Source: Eledone cirrhosa
Taxonomy: Eukaryota
DNA: 64,000 nt
NCBI GenBank assembly: GCA_964016885.1
Contig: OZ024743.1
Location: 267,778,001-267,842,000 of the forward strand
Reading direction: 5' to 3'
A program made the translations under genes and the position numbers. Below the pieces are notes generated by a model, which did no database searches, was not told the origin of the DNA, and saw only the letters and a program-made list of their open reading frames with translations. Shown piece after piece: positions 29,204 to 42,285 of the stretch. Each line of letters begins with the position of its first letter. The stretch's first letter is position 1.

Positions 29204-30068
29204 CCACTTCGACATTCTATAGACGGTTAGTACTTTACAAGTGCGACGACGTGCTCAGGGAGACTCTAGGCGTCGAAGACGACAAGCTCACCAGTCTGCC
29301 CGGGACCTATGGACAACTTCCAGTGGTCCCTGGCCTGACAGTGCTACCGAGGAGCTCTACCCGTTTGAGACAAGATCTACAAGCACGGACGCTCCGGCAG
29401 GGATCCTTCCAAGAGGACGTGTCCAAATGCGAGCAGGACATTGAAACCATCTTGCACGCAATTGTACACTGCCCGGCCTTAAGCGACCTGTGTAGCTATG
29501 CAGAATAACTGCTGTCGCGTATGGTACAAATCCAGTTGACTGCCGAATCCATAGTAAGGATCAAACCGCCAGCCTCTTTCAAAAACGAAAGAGAGGCTGT
29601 TTTCGTCAGTACAGTGGCTATGGTGAAATATGTTATATGATGGACGAAATTGAGAGCACTCTGGACAAATGACTTTCTCTCCGGTCAACAATTGATTCCT
29701 TTCTTTGAGTATCACTTTAGAAGGAGAATCAGAGTGGAGAGAGAGGCATTGCACCCCAGTAAATTTACTGAAAGGTGGATGACTGAAGCGAAAATGGCCC
29801 GATTGATTGGGCGTTCTCTGCTTATAAGCCTGTAGGTTAAAGAAGAGAGCAAAAGGAAAAAAGGAGCACCTGCACAACACGCTCCTGAAGTTGCGGGTTG
29901 TTCTATCGACGGGGTATAATACAACCCATTTGTGGGGCCTCCCCCGTATTCGGGATTTCGATTGTTATAATTGTTTGTTTCAATATTTTTACACGACTGT
30001 ATGTAAAATCCCCGGCATGTGTCTTTGTATTATCCCAATTTCTAGTGCGCCCTTTGGCAAATAAAGAA
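29204..30068 (+). mobile_element. Tx1/L1-clade element, 3' fragment
   Basis: GC-rich ORF2 C-terminus with zinc finger (C..CEQDIETILHAIVHCP), ending RERE...FTERW-type and SLLISL-stop. The 3' UTR ends in AATAAAG, and (TATC)n-like sequence flanks both sides. Confidence 0.75.
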
Positions 30069-30093
30069 ATATATCTATCTCTATATCTATCTA

Positions 30094-30163
<70 letters not shown>

Positions 30164-30208
30164 ACTTATTTACTTATTGTTCCACAATGCTTCAAGCAAA
30201 CTTCAATA

Positions 30209-30257
<49 letters not shown>

Positions 30258-30270
30258 TATTACTACTATA

Positions 30271-31241
30271 TCTATATATATAAAACTGTGGTTGTCTGTC
30301 TGTCTATCGATTTTTGGCACACATCTCCTCTTAGAATCTCTCACGGAATTGCACCGAAATTGCTATACTTGTACATTGAGCCCTAGCGAAGACATCGGAA
30401 AAAAATATTTCAAATTGACCCACCCTATCTGACGAAATCGAATATAATGTATCGATTTTTGAGCGTAAGTTATCAGTTATTTCCCTTTGTTCTGTTTACA
30501 TTGAGCGTCTTACGTAAAAAATTACGCTGGCTTTCTCAGCGTTTAAAATGACATTAACAGTTGTCGAGCCAGCAAAATATTGACCTGCAAAATTCATCAG
30601 TTCGAACACTAAGCTTCCGTTTTGCTTCATTTCCATTTAAAAGCATTTTAAAACAATATTTTTACTTGAAAACAAGTCTATTTAAAGACTACGTAAAACA
30701 AGCAAATATTTCGTCGTTAGGCGTGCAGACAGACAGTCGTGCAGACAGACAGTCGTGCAGAGAGGTGATATAGGCGTGCAGACAGACAGTCGTGCAGAGA
30801 GGTGATATAGGCGTGCAGACAGACAGTCGTGCAGAGAGGTGATATAGGCGTGCAGACAGACAGTCGTGCAGAGAGGTGATATAGGCGTGCAGACAGACAG
30901 TCGTGCAGAGAGGTGATATAGGCGTGCAGACAGACATAACTGATAATTTCGTTACGCTAATGTTTTTCTCTACGTTGCAGTGTTTACATTTTCGATCTTT
31001 GTTAATAAATAACCAGTGCAGTTTCTATCCCCAGCATCCTCTTTTGTTATAACATTCGGGTTATCGTTATGTTTTCTTAACTTCATAAGGCATATTGTTG
31101 GTTGAGGGAATATTAATCAAAAACACCACATGCAAGTCTGCACAGTAGACACTACAGTTTTTAAGCCAAAAAAGAAACTTAACATTGTAACTTTAACACA
31201 GCTACTGAGCGACCCCGAGCAACGCCGGGCTTTACTGCTAG
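30271..31241 (+). mobile_element. Non-autonomous Helitron, copy 1
   Basis: 5' A|TC, 3' CTAG|T, subterminal hairpin CCCGAGCAACGCCGGG, no TSD, and an internal 37-bp tandem array. Confidence 0.85.
30720..30935 (+). repeat. 37-bp minisatellite inside Helitron copy 1 (about 5 units)
   Basis: GGCGTGCAGACAGACAGTCGTGCAGAGAGGTGATATA repeated. Confidence 0.9.
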
Positions 31242-32232
31242 TATTATATATAGTAATAATAATAAATTTGAAGACTAAAATCCAAAGAGTGCTCGATAAG
31301 GATAAACATATATCAAATATATAAAATCCTTATATGTTATGTTTATACCATTACTTATTTATATAGGTAAGTATTTATTACCTGTATGTTTTGTGAAGGT
31401 ACGTATATTTGCTTGTATATGTTATAAGCGTATATATTATATTATATATACTGGTACATGTGCATATGGTTATGTGTTTACCGTGTTTTGCGTCTGTTTG
31501 AGTATGCGGGGTCGTACGTATGTAGGGTGTGTGTATATGTGTACTTTGTGTTTTGGTTGACGTACGTATAGCGAACTTATGTGTATTTACATGTTGTTAT
31601 GATTGTGCGGGCGTTATATACGTATTCATGTGTGTATATTTATATACGTTTATATAATTATATGTATACACGCGCACATATATATATATATCATTTTTTC
31701 ATATATATTTATTTATGTGTATTTGGTGTATACGTTCGTATGTGTGTGGGTACAGGCGTTGCGTGAGTTCTGTATGTGTGTGCGTGTTTTTTTTTGTGTA
31801 CGTGCTTGTATTTGCATACCCATGGCGGATGTTTTTGCGTATGCATGTGTATGTACGTGTACGGATGCGTGCATGTATATATTTAATGTTTGTAGATTTC
31901 AATTATCTCTGAAATTTATTTACATTATTCTTAACTCTGAAGCCGAGTATCATTCGGTTCCCGAAATAGAATTTTAGCCTAAGACTTCAGTTATACCATA
32001 AACGTGGTTTTGTCTTTGCGTGTAATTGTTTTCATCGCTCCTAATTATGACGTATTATCTTCATTTGTTCCCGTTCTTTGCCAGGGAACGTTTCCACGAC
32101 CAAAGTATCGTCTTCCTGTCTTCCTTCGGTTGCAACGTTTTTCGAAATATTTACTTCTGCGTTCACAGGTTGATATTTTTAGTGTGAAAGCAGCGATTCT
32201 TTTCTTAAACTTTAATGTTGCTTTCACTCCAA

Positions 32233-33253
32233 TCTATATATATAAAACTGTGGTTGTCTGTCTGTCTATCGATTTTTGGCACACATCTCCTCTTAGAATC
32301 TCTCACGGAATTGCACCGAAATTGCTATACTTGTACATTGAGCCCTAGCGAAGATATCGGAAAAAAATATTTCAAATTGACCCACCCTATCTGACGAAAT
32401 CGAATATAATGTATCGATTTTTGAGCGTAAGTTATCAGTTATTTCCCTTTGTTCTGTTTACATTGAGCGTCTTACGTAAAAAATTACGCTGGCTTTCTCA
32501 GCGTTTAAAATGACATTAACACAATACACGAACAGTTGTCGAGCCAGCAAAATATTGACCTGCAAAATTCATCAGTTCGAACACTAAGCTTCCGTTTTGC
32601 TTCATTTCCATTTAAAAGCATTTTAAAACAATATTTTTACTTGAAAACAAGTCTATTTAAAGACTACGTAAAACAAGCAAATATTTCGTCGTTAGGCGTG
32701 CAGACAGACAGTCGTGCAGACAGACAGTCGTTCAGAGAGGTGATATACGCGTGCAGACAGATAGTCGTGCAGAGAGGTGATATAGGCGTGCAGACAGATA
32801 GTCGTGCAGAGAGGTGATATAGGCGTGCAGACAGACAGTCGTGCAGAGAGGTGATATAGGCGTGCAGACAGACAGTCGTGCAGAGAGGTGATATAGGCGT
32901 GCAGACAGACAGTCGTGCAGAGAGGTGATATAGGCGTGCAGACAGACATAACTGATAATTTGGTTACGCTAATGTTTTTCTCTGCGTTGCAGTGTTTACA
33001 TTTTCGATCTTTGTTAATAAATAACCAGTGCAGTTTCTATCCTCAGCATCCTCTTTTGTTATAACATTCGGGTTATCGTTATGTTTTCTTAACTTCATAA
33101 GGCATATTGTTGGTTGAGGGAATATTAATCAAAAACACCACATGCAAGTCTGCACAGTAGACACTACAGTTTTTAAGCCAAGAAATAAACTTAACATTGT
33201 AACTTTAACACAGCTACTGAGCGACCCCGAGCAACGCCGGGCTTTACTGCTAG
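32233..33253 (+). mobile_element. Non-autonomous Helitron, copy 2
   Basis: Near-identical to 30271-31241 with the same termini; it has one more 37-bp unit and 13 extra bp. Confidence 0.85.
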
Positions 33254-33297
33254 TTTATTATAAATTAAAAAATGTTCTTAAACATTTTTTTTTTTTT

Positions 33298-33450
33298 AAA
33301 TTTATAAATTTCCGGTTGGTTGGTTGGTTGGTTGGTTCCACAACCGGACGGTTGTTTATATATTTTCAGAATGTGTGCCGAAAGAACTTTGACAATATAT
33401 GAACAAACTTCCGGTTGTGGAACCAACCAACCAACCTGAAATTTATAAAT
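33298..33450. repeat. Foldback or MITE-like hairpin
   Basis: ATTTATAAATTTCCGG(TTGG)nTTCCACAACCGGA...TCCGGTTGTGGAA(CCAA)nCCTGAAATTTATAAAT. Confidence 0.7.
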
Positions 33451-33624
33451 ATTTTTGAAAAGAAATTTTTTTTTTTTTTTTTTTTTATTTATAATAAATT
33501 GGAGTGAAACAACTGGTGCGTGTGTATCTTATTGGCAACATGACCCTCCAAAAGTATAACAATATCGGTTTCAACACACATTTTCAGATAAAGAATCTTG
33601 CTAAACAAATTCAGAAACGATATA

Positions 33625-33698
<74 letters not shown>

Positions 33699-34463
33699 AG
33701 TGTTGCATTATGTCAAAAATCTAAACACATGGCACAAACAAAAATGAACATCCATTTCCTGGACATTCACACCTTGGCCAATGCAATTTTGTAGTACAAT
33801 CAGGTGTGATTGATCTGTGTGTGTATGTCTGTATTAAGTACTACCACGATATTCATTCTAAGGAGAAACTGTAGCATATTCTTTCTTTTAAATTATAATC
33901 ATTCTCTCACTCTAATTTAGTATTTTAGTCATTAATATTATTGAAAGCATATGCATATCCAGATATTAGTATATACGAAATCCCTTTCTGGATATAGATA
34001 TTACATTTTATATCATAATATGACATGAAATTATTGGTATATTTTTAATATTACAGCCCAAATAAAAAAGTAAATACACGAAAGTTTATATAGCTATAGG
34101 AAATGCTTCTTATAGTTGTACCGTTATTATCCATGAACTAGTGTTTCTTTTAGAAATTTCTAGTTTTTTGTGACAATCCTCTGCCAGAGAAAGCTATATT
34201 TTTATCAAAAACATCTTTAAAATCAAGATATACCAAGGTTAGACATGCCTTAAAAAATCACGGATTGTGGTATAACACAACCGTATGGATACAGATCTGG
34301 ATTTTAGAGAACTACATCACTTATAACATGGCTTATTCATTGTTGAATATATATTTCTAAATATAGTCGAAATGGGAGAATGCAGCATTTTCGTACCAAA
34401 TAATTATATATTCCATTACGAATGTTCACTAGCCAATAAAATACACACGCACACACACACACA

Positions 34464-34592
<129 letters not shown>

Positions 34593-34638
34593 ACACATAC
34601 ACAATCACACACGACACTTATAGTAGTCCCGTCAACTT

Positions 34639-34678
<40 letters not shown>

Positions 34679-36023
34679 TATATGCATCGGGGAAAATTAT
34701 GATGATAAGTTAGTTTTGAATAATTCAAATAATGTCGCTAATGTTTGTTTAAGAAAGGGCTTGTGCAGTAATAGCGTTGCGTTGACAATCAACGATAAAA
34801 TAAAACATTATTTATAATAAAGACATTGTTATTAACTACAAGCATAAAACAATCCAATAAAGAAAAGAGAACAACATTAATTTTGTTTTATGCATAATAA
34901 AATATCTCTGACACTTACACACAGAACGGAATTCAGTTCTTACTTAATTCTGTGTAATTTGGGATGAGATAAAAAAAATTAAAGCATAAAAGAAAAATAA
35001 AGTAATTGAACAAAATAGAAGAATGAATAACAATAGGAATAAGAAAAGAATACAATAACATTAAAATAACAATTACAACAAAAAAAGTACAATCATATTG
35101 ATGACAAATCGTCGTATATAATTTCAAGGAATTGTTCATAGTTGTCAAAACTTTTTTAAAAATTGTTTTCATTGCAATATTTCTTGTTGTTTTAGCCATG
35201 TTTCTTTGACTAATGCTGACTTGTGTTAAAGATTAAATAACTAGCTATAACTTTCTTTTACTCGCCACCGTAAATTCTGGGTGAATTTGTCTCAATCTAA
35301 TTATATGTTTGTTAACTTAAAGTAGAACAATTTTCGTCTGTCCTTCTTATTGAGAGTGTGTGCTAGTTTACAATCGGTTTCGGTTTTGTTGTTGGGAAAT
35401 TCTTCACAATTTTGTTAGTTGGGTGAATCTATGATGAAGGCCATTACATCCATAACCATCTCACATCATTTTCAGGATTATATTAAGAAAAATATCGTCC
35501 CCTTTTTAAAGATGAACATTCCTGATTAGAGGATGATCCGGGTGTTATTTTTAGCAGCGACAGCGAACAGTAATGCTGCGAAAGCAGCCTTCTTTTTATG
35601 GTATTCTTAATTTTTCAAATATTCCAAAATACTTCTTTTATTAAATTTGAAGACGAGCATTGCGAAATGCAAAGGAAAAAAAGTAAGAAGAATATATATA
35701 TTCTTCTTACTTTTTTTCCTTTGTTTCAATCATGAGACTTTCGTTCTGTAACGGGCTCTGCACTTTTTACCTGACGTCACATTAAATTCTGTGTACATCT
35801 CGTGGCTTAATTGCTGTAAATTAATGTTTTGGCTCTCGTCTCTTACTCTGCTGCCTTGTGTCAGACGCTCTGACCCGGGGTGGACCAGCTCTACCGTAGG
35901 TAGGGGACGAACGCGACAAAATCACTTCTATTTTTTTTTTATTATTTTTTAGGGTTCCATTAATTTTTGTTTTCTCTTGCCTTTTTGCGATTCGTTGTCT
36001 TTTTCTACTAATTTTCTTCAGTT

Positions 36024-36060
<37 letters not shown>

Positions 36061-36066
<6 letters not shown>

Positions 36067-36290
36067 TTTGAATTAGAAGATCTCACCGTAACTTTGACTT
36101 AATAAAATACTCTTAAAATAGCGGGGCTTATATGCCGCCTACTGCAAAAAAAAAGAAAAGAGAAATGCCAATCCGGACATATGTGATAATGCCCATCTGT
36201 TACCGTTTAATGGGCTTATACACTCAGGTATTACGAGATCGTATGTTTACTCAAATTTATGACGAGATCTTTCAATTCAAATTTCATCCG
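36061..36290. mobile_element. Degenerate MITE-like element
   Basis: Imperfect terminal inverted repeats ATTTGAATTAGAAGATCTC / GAGATCTTTCAATTCAAAT, extending about 45 bp. Confidence 0.45.
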
Positions 36291-36317
36291 CTCACGGTTT
36301 TCTAAATATAAGAGCTT

Positions 36318-36348
<31 letters not shown>

Positions 36349-36552
36349 CGAAGAAGATAGACGTGTTTTTGTTTCGCTCCTGCATTTTGTCGGAATTTAT
36401 CGTGAGAAGCGGTAGGTCTCTTTAAGTAATGTGTTATTTGTTATGTTTAACCCCTCGCCTGGGCCTGCAGACGTTGGGTAAAATAAATTTTGCCTCTTGT
36501 TGGGACGAAATTTAATAGTTATAAGTTTTCGATAAAAAGTCGTTTAGTGACA

Positions 36553-38385
36553 ATGGACGCCATTAATACGACGTATGCCCCCCCCCCCCCCCCCCAGGAA
36601 AGTGATAGAGAGAAGGTAGCAGCACAACGCTGTAAGCCTTTCCTCCTCATTCCCGCAAAAGACACCACGGAATCAAAAGAAAACATTGTGGAAATGGCTG
36701 AAAACCCCAAAAGTTACAATTACACAAACAAGAACAACAACGACAATAACAACACAACCAACAATAGCAACAATGACAATAACAACACAACCAACAACAC
36801 CAATAATGACAACACCAGCAAAGGAAAAAAGCAAGCCAACACGAATAACAACAACAACAATGATAACAACACGAAAGAAAACGGACCCAAAGGTGGAGTC
36901 TCCTTCGCACAGACAGTCCGAGAAACGCAGATATACAAGGCACTGGACATCTCGAATGCCAAGAAATTGCTGAAAGAAGCAAGGAATTGTGTAACTTTCG
37001 GGGAAGGTGGGGAATTCACAATTACCTCCCCCGAAGAAATTATAAGGGACACAGTCCTCAGGACAGTAATGTTTAGGACAGTTTCGAACACGACTAGGAA
37101 ACCGCCTCAATTGTCCCAAAGCGAATTTGAGCTGGTCCTAAGTAGTGCCTGGAAGGATATCGCTTTCATACAGAAAGGGAAACTGTATGGAAGCATATCT
37201 GTTTTAATGCAAGATGAATTGGAGGAACGGAAATATTCTGTGTCGCCAATTGTATCCAAAGCATACATCTTTTTCCCAACATATTTGGGGAAAAGAACTC
37301 AAAAGATAAGAATCTCGGGCATCAGGCCAAATGCGAGCATTTGGTGGGTGCTAACGGGATTCTTAGAAGATGAGGACTCAATCCTTTCGATAGGCGAATC
37401 CGTCGGAGGAGTATTCGGCGGCAATAGCCTTGAAGTTCGGGACCAAATGAGACCAGAACGGATAGCAATAATACCGCAGCGTGTGTCCCTGGATGGAGTT
37501 GCCTACATAAACATTTCTGTTGAGGGCAGGGGGCCTTCATGCTAGCACTGTTCAAGAAGTGGTCACCTGAGGGCTTCCTGTCCCCTTTTAAAAGCCCCCC
37601 CCCCCTCCATACACACACAAAGACGCTTCTGCCCACGCCACACACAACAACACAACCACCACCACAACAACAACACAAGATACTGTCACACACAACCCAT
37701 CCCCACCTAAAACAAATACAAAAGCAACCACAACAAAACCCCCAAATATACCCCTCCCCAACAACACGAACGAGGACCCCTTATCAACGTCACCCAGTGA
37801 CGACGAGGGAGAACCCTTTCAACCTGTAAAAGAAAGAAATGAAGGCACCACAATAAGAAAATTGCAACAAACACACAACCACCAGCACAAACAAAAAAAC
37901 CAACCCCTCCCGAAAACATAACACATACTACAAAACGCAAACACACACAAGAACAACAAACAAACACAACACAACAAAAACAGTATACATATATCAACAC
38001 AAACAACAAAACACTTGTGCAAACAATAGACAAAGACCCTTCGGTGGAAACCGAAGGGAAAATATTCACCAACGCGGCCACTAAACCGCATTTAAAAATG
38101 ATGAGGGTCCCAAGGGACACCAACGCAATGCTCAAACAGAACTTTCCCGATGACGTGGGGAACCCCTGTACTAGACCTAGCAACCGCGGCCTCTTGAAAT
38201 GTTTCCCCAGCCCCACGCCAGACACCCTCCCCCACCAAACACCCCCACCCAACCACACACTGATGTCCCCACCACATCCCAAACCACCACCCCACCAAAC
38301 AACCCCGTCGACACACCTATGGAAATTGTGCAGCCTGTTCCCAGGAGAAGGACAGGTAGGTGTCTTGTCCTTTTTCTCCACTCTA
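36553..38385 (+). pseudogene. ORF1 (gag-like) with CCHC knuckle, disrupted
   Basis: SFAQTV motif and an RRM-like KIRISGI region. The knuckle C*HCSRSGHLRASCP at about 37540 contains a premature stop, and the tail is P/T/N-rich and frameshifted. Confidence 0.75.
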
Positions 38386-38402
38386 AACTCTTCACCACCA
38401 AC

Positions 38403-40990
38403 ATGGCTGTTATAAGCGTTGGATGTTTAAATGTGCGCGGCCTGGGGATGTCCTGGAAGCAGGACAAACTCTTAAATGACCTCAGGTCGCACAGAATCGA
38501 TGTGATAGCTATTTGCGAGTCCAGGATCAGCAGCGAGCACCAACTGGCCCCCATCTTCGACGACTTTGAGATCTATGCATCTCTCTGTCAGCCGGGGGAT
38601 GGGGGCGGAGTGGTCGTTCCGCTGCGTAAACACCTGGGCCTCGCAACACGGAAGGTACTCCTGGACCCGGAGGGTCGACTGGTGGTTCGAGACGTAGGCA
38701 GTAGTGAAGGGGGAGCCTTCAGGCTGGTGGCAGCATATGCCCCATCTGGTACACCGCGACCGGACTTCTTCCAACGCCTAGAGACTTTTCTGGGAACGTC
38801 TCGCTCCTTGCTTTTAGTGGGGGACTGGAATGGTATCCTGGATGCACGTTGGGACTATGTAGGGGCATGTCCCGGTAGAGGGGGGTGTAACAGCCTCAAA
38901 CGGTTAATCGGCTGATTTGATCTGGCCGATAGATATCGACTAGATTTTCCGACTGTGCCACTGTGGACGTGGACTAATCGTAGCGGGACATCTAGGTCGT
39001 ACCTAGATAGGTTCCTAGTTAGAAATAAGGATAGGGACATATTAAACTGTCCACGAATGTTCATGGTTGACTATTCGGATCAGAAGTTGGTGAGCGGAGT
39101 GGTCAACCTTGATAGAACCCATAGACAAGGACCCGGTTACTGGAAGCAAAACTTGTCCTTACCGACAAACAAAGCTTACAGTAAGCGGGTTAGCACTCTA
39201 GTTAAGTAGCGGTTGACGGGGGGAATTGTCAACAACAGGTGGCAGGCTCTCTCAAGAGAGAAAATAGAATAGAATCGATAGGTTTTAGTCAGGAATTAGC
39301 ATCAGATAGGAATAGAACTGATAGATAGAGTAGAAGAGGCGATTAGGAGGGGAAGCGTGGCCGGCGTGCTGGCGTCAAGAACGGCCCTACACCAGTTCTT
39401 TGACGCGAAGCACGAGGGCTGTATTGTCAGGAGTAAAATACGTGCTCTGGGTAACGAGGGAGCCAAAGCTGTTAGCTGGGCCCCAGTGACAGAGGTAAAA
39501 AGTGGAAACAAGTCCACGATTCGGTCTTTGAAGGACAAGGATGGACGCGTAATCCTTGAACATTAGCGGATGTGTGCGGCCTTTCAATAGGAGAGGCAGC
39601 GGGCCGGGTGGGGCCATGGATTTCGGTCCATACCTTGACGGTCTGCCGCGGCTTAGGACAGGGATGCGAAGTCCTGCGAAAGGCCGATTTCAGCCGCTGA
39701 AATAGGGGAAGCGCTGAGCCTATGCGGCAAACGCAAATCATCCGGTCTCGATGGTCTACCATACGAACTTTATGTAGCGATGACGGACTTGTTCTCCGAT
39801 CTCCTCGAGGCGGTCTACTGCTACTGGCAACAGAACGGGAGAATTCCCACATCTGTGACCAAGGGCGTAGTCACGCTGGTGAGGAAGGACGAGAACAAGT
39901 GGGATGACATAGATAACTTCAGGCCAATAACTCTGCTAAACACAGCGTTAAAGATTTTGGCGAAGGTGTTAGCGAAGAGGTTGGTGGTCCCGTCCAGGTC
40001 CATACACGATAACCTCCACCTCATGCGATACATCGTAGAGAGGGTAGGGAACGAACATGGCTTTGGTGGGGCCCTGATCAACTTGGATGAATCTAGGACG
40101 TTCGATAGGGTCGACCATCGGTACCTGGATGCAGTACTCGCGGGGTTAGGGTTCGGACCCGTTTTCAGGGGCTGGATTGCTGCAATGCACAGCAGCAACA
40201 CCTGCTCGAGGGTCAATGTGAACGGCTACATCTCTGAGCTGTTTTAAATCGCTCGATCCATCCGACAGAGATATCCTCTCTCCTCCCTTCTGTAAAAGCT
40301 GGCTCTCGAACCACTACTGCGAAAGTTGGAGCTGTTGCAGGGAATCCTCTAGGAACCGGGATTGAGGAAAGCGGTGTCGGCCTACGCCGATGACATAACA
40401 TTAATGGTGGAGTGCGCCTCGGATATCGGGCAGATCGGCTCCTTACTGGAGGAATACGAAAGTTTTACAGGAGTCAAGATGAACCGGGACAAGTCCGTCG
40501 GTTTGCAACTCGGAACGTGGAGGGGCAAACCGATGCCTTCTGACAGCGTCGTCAGACGCTGGACGGAGGGAGCGGTGGGTGAAGCTGCTCGGGGTCTGGT
40601 TCGGACCGGACCTCCAGGTGGAGAAAAGCTGGGACGAGGTAACGCGCAGGGTGTTTGCACTCGACCAGAAGTGGGCCGAGTGCAAACTATTCCTGAAAGG
40701 TCAAGCGGAGGTGGCGAACACTTATATAGCGTCCGTCAACTACTACCGCTTGACCGTCGTGCCTTGCCAAGCGAAAACGCTCGCCAAAGTGGAGCGCGCG
40801 CTCTTCCGATTCCTTTGGAAGAGGCGGGCTCCTTTGGTGAGAAGACGAGCCTTTCCTGGACTCGTCTCACTCACCGAGCTGCAATCCTGGGTCAAGCAAA
40901 GACCGAGAAAAGTGGGTGACTGGCACATTGGATGTGCCCAGGCGCTCACGGCCCTCTGGCAAGCGGATCCGGAAATCAGTGGAGACTCAA
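38403..40990 (+). pseudogene. ORF2 (AP endonuclease + reverse transcriptase), disrupted
   Basis: APE motifs MAVISVGCLNVRGL, ICES, AYAP, GDWN, SYLDRF and SDQK. RT motifs FRPITLLN, LINLDESRTFDRVDH, AYADDIT and KLLGVWF. Multiple stops and frameshifts. Confidence 0.9.
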
Positions 40991-41028
40991 CAAATAAACG
41001 TTTGATTTACCGCGATAGAAGTCGTCAA

Positions 41029-41190
41029 GGTTTCTACTTTTGGCACAAGGCGTGCAATATCCCAGTGTATTACTGGTGCTTTATTTTATCGACCCCGTAA
41101 GGATGAAAGGCAAAATTAACCTCAAAAGCATTTGAACTCAGAATGTAAAGGGCCATAATTATATACTGCAAAGTCTGACGCTCTACCGAT
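41029..41190 (-). mobile_element. SINE family A
   Basis: Reverse complement of the family consensus. Confidence 0.78.
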
Positions 41191-41496
41191 ATGAGAATAA
41201 GTGAGGATCACAGCATCATCATTTTACATCTTTAAAACATGATACAGTAAACTCTTTGGTAAAGAATCTAGCCTGTTACATAATATCACTCGTTATCACG
41301 CCCATTGAAATGTATTATTTAGAATGAATCAAGTCAAATATGTAGTCACGAAGTTAGTATCGGGGTGTGGGTCAAACGAAATTTTAATTGTGCCTCGATA
41401 ACTTCATTTTTCATTCGTTATTTTTCAAGGACATATTCGGTTACATGATTACCTTAGCATAAATTTTCGCTACCAAATAGTCCACATTACTTGGTA

Positions 41497-41602
41497 TCCC
41501 GCCGAGGTTAACTTTGCCTTTCATCCTTACGGGGTCGATAATATAAAGTACCAGTAATGTACTGGTGAATTGCTGGCCTTGTGCCAAAAAGTAGAAACAA
41601 TT
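41497..41602 (+). mobile_element. SINE family A, 3' half
   Basis: TCCCGCCGAGGTTAACTTTGCC...GTAGAAACAATT. Confidence 0.78.
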
Positions 41603-42064
41603 ACTTGGTATGTTTAGAAAATAAACGAATTTTCTGGAGTATATTTTGCATGAGATGACAGCGAAATCTTCTAATCTTAAGATACATTTAGAGCTTGATT
41701 ATAATAACATGATTATAATAATAATTATTTCTACCCCTTGAGAACCCAAGTCATTAGTGATGTTGAAAAACAGGTAACTCAGTATCTGTTGTTGTCATCC
41801 CTCTCGAGGTTAGCACTGAGTAAGAAAAGTCATGACCAAAACGATTGTAGGCATAACTATATTGTATTCCTTTCCTTAGATTCGAGCCCTGCAGACAACA
41901 TTCATCAATATACTCTTTTAAAAGAGTCTGGTGCTATTTGAAGAATATTCTGCTGGGCTATCTAGCAGAGATATCAACCACACAGTGGTTTACTTATTTA
42001 CTCTAATAGAGCAGTATGTTTGTGATATACGTAGAAGACTGAAGTATGTGACTGAAGAGATATT

Positions 42065-42285
42065 TGGCTTTCAATTCTGGCAGGTTGGCTGAGCGTATAG
42101 AAAACATCCGCAATGGCTTGGTGCGTATTTTAACTTGGTTGCGATAAGTTGTACCATGGTTATATTCCCAGCCTCATATATATATCCCACGGTAGTTTAG
42201 CCTCAAGACTAAGTTTTAACAATGAAAATGAGTTAGTGAGAGGAGAACTCAAAATTGGTGCCTAGGATCTGGCGCCAGCTAACTC
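42065..42285 (+). repeat. Dispersed repeat of about 220 bp; second copy at 44192-44412
   Basis: Shared blocks AAACATCCGCAAT, GATAAGTTGTACCATGGTTATA, GGTAGTTTAG.CTCAAGACTA and CTCAAAATTGGTGCCT. Confidence 0.75.

Larger units (their letters stand above)
36349..40990 (+). mobile_element. Tx1/L1-clade non-LTR retrotransposon; 5' end present, 3' end missing
   Basis: Abrupt GC-rich block after (TATC)7, with 5' UTR, ORF1 and ORF2 in order. Confidence 0.88.

Noticed and set aside
30428-30602. CTGACGA and minus-strand CTGATGA in the Helitron as possible hammerheads
   Set aside because: No properly placed GAAA box or closing stems
30720-30935. 37-bp array as CRISPR
   Set aside because: Head-to-tail units without unique spacers
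31936-31990. Possible hammerhead CTGAAGC-CGAGT/ATTCG...GAAAT
   Set aside because: Core is altered and stems I and III are unconvincing
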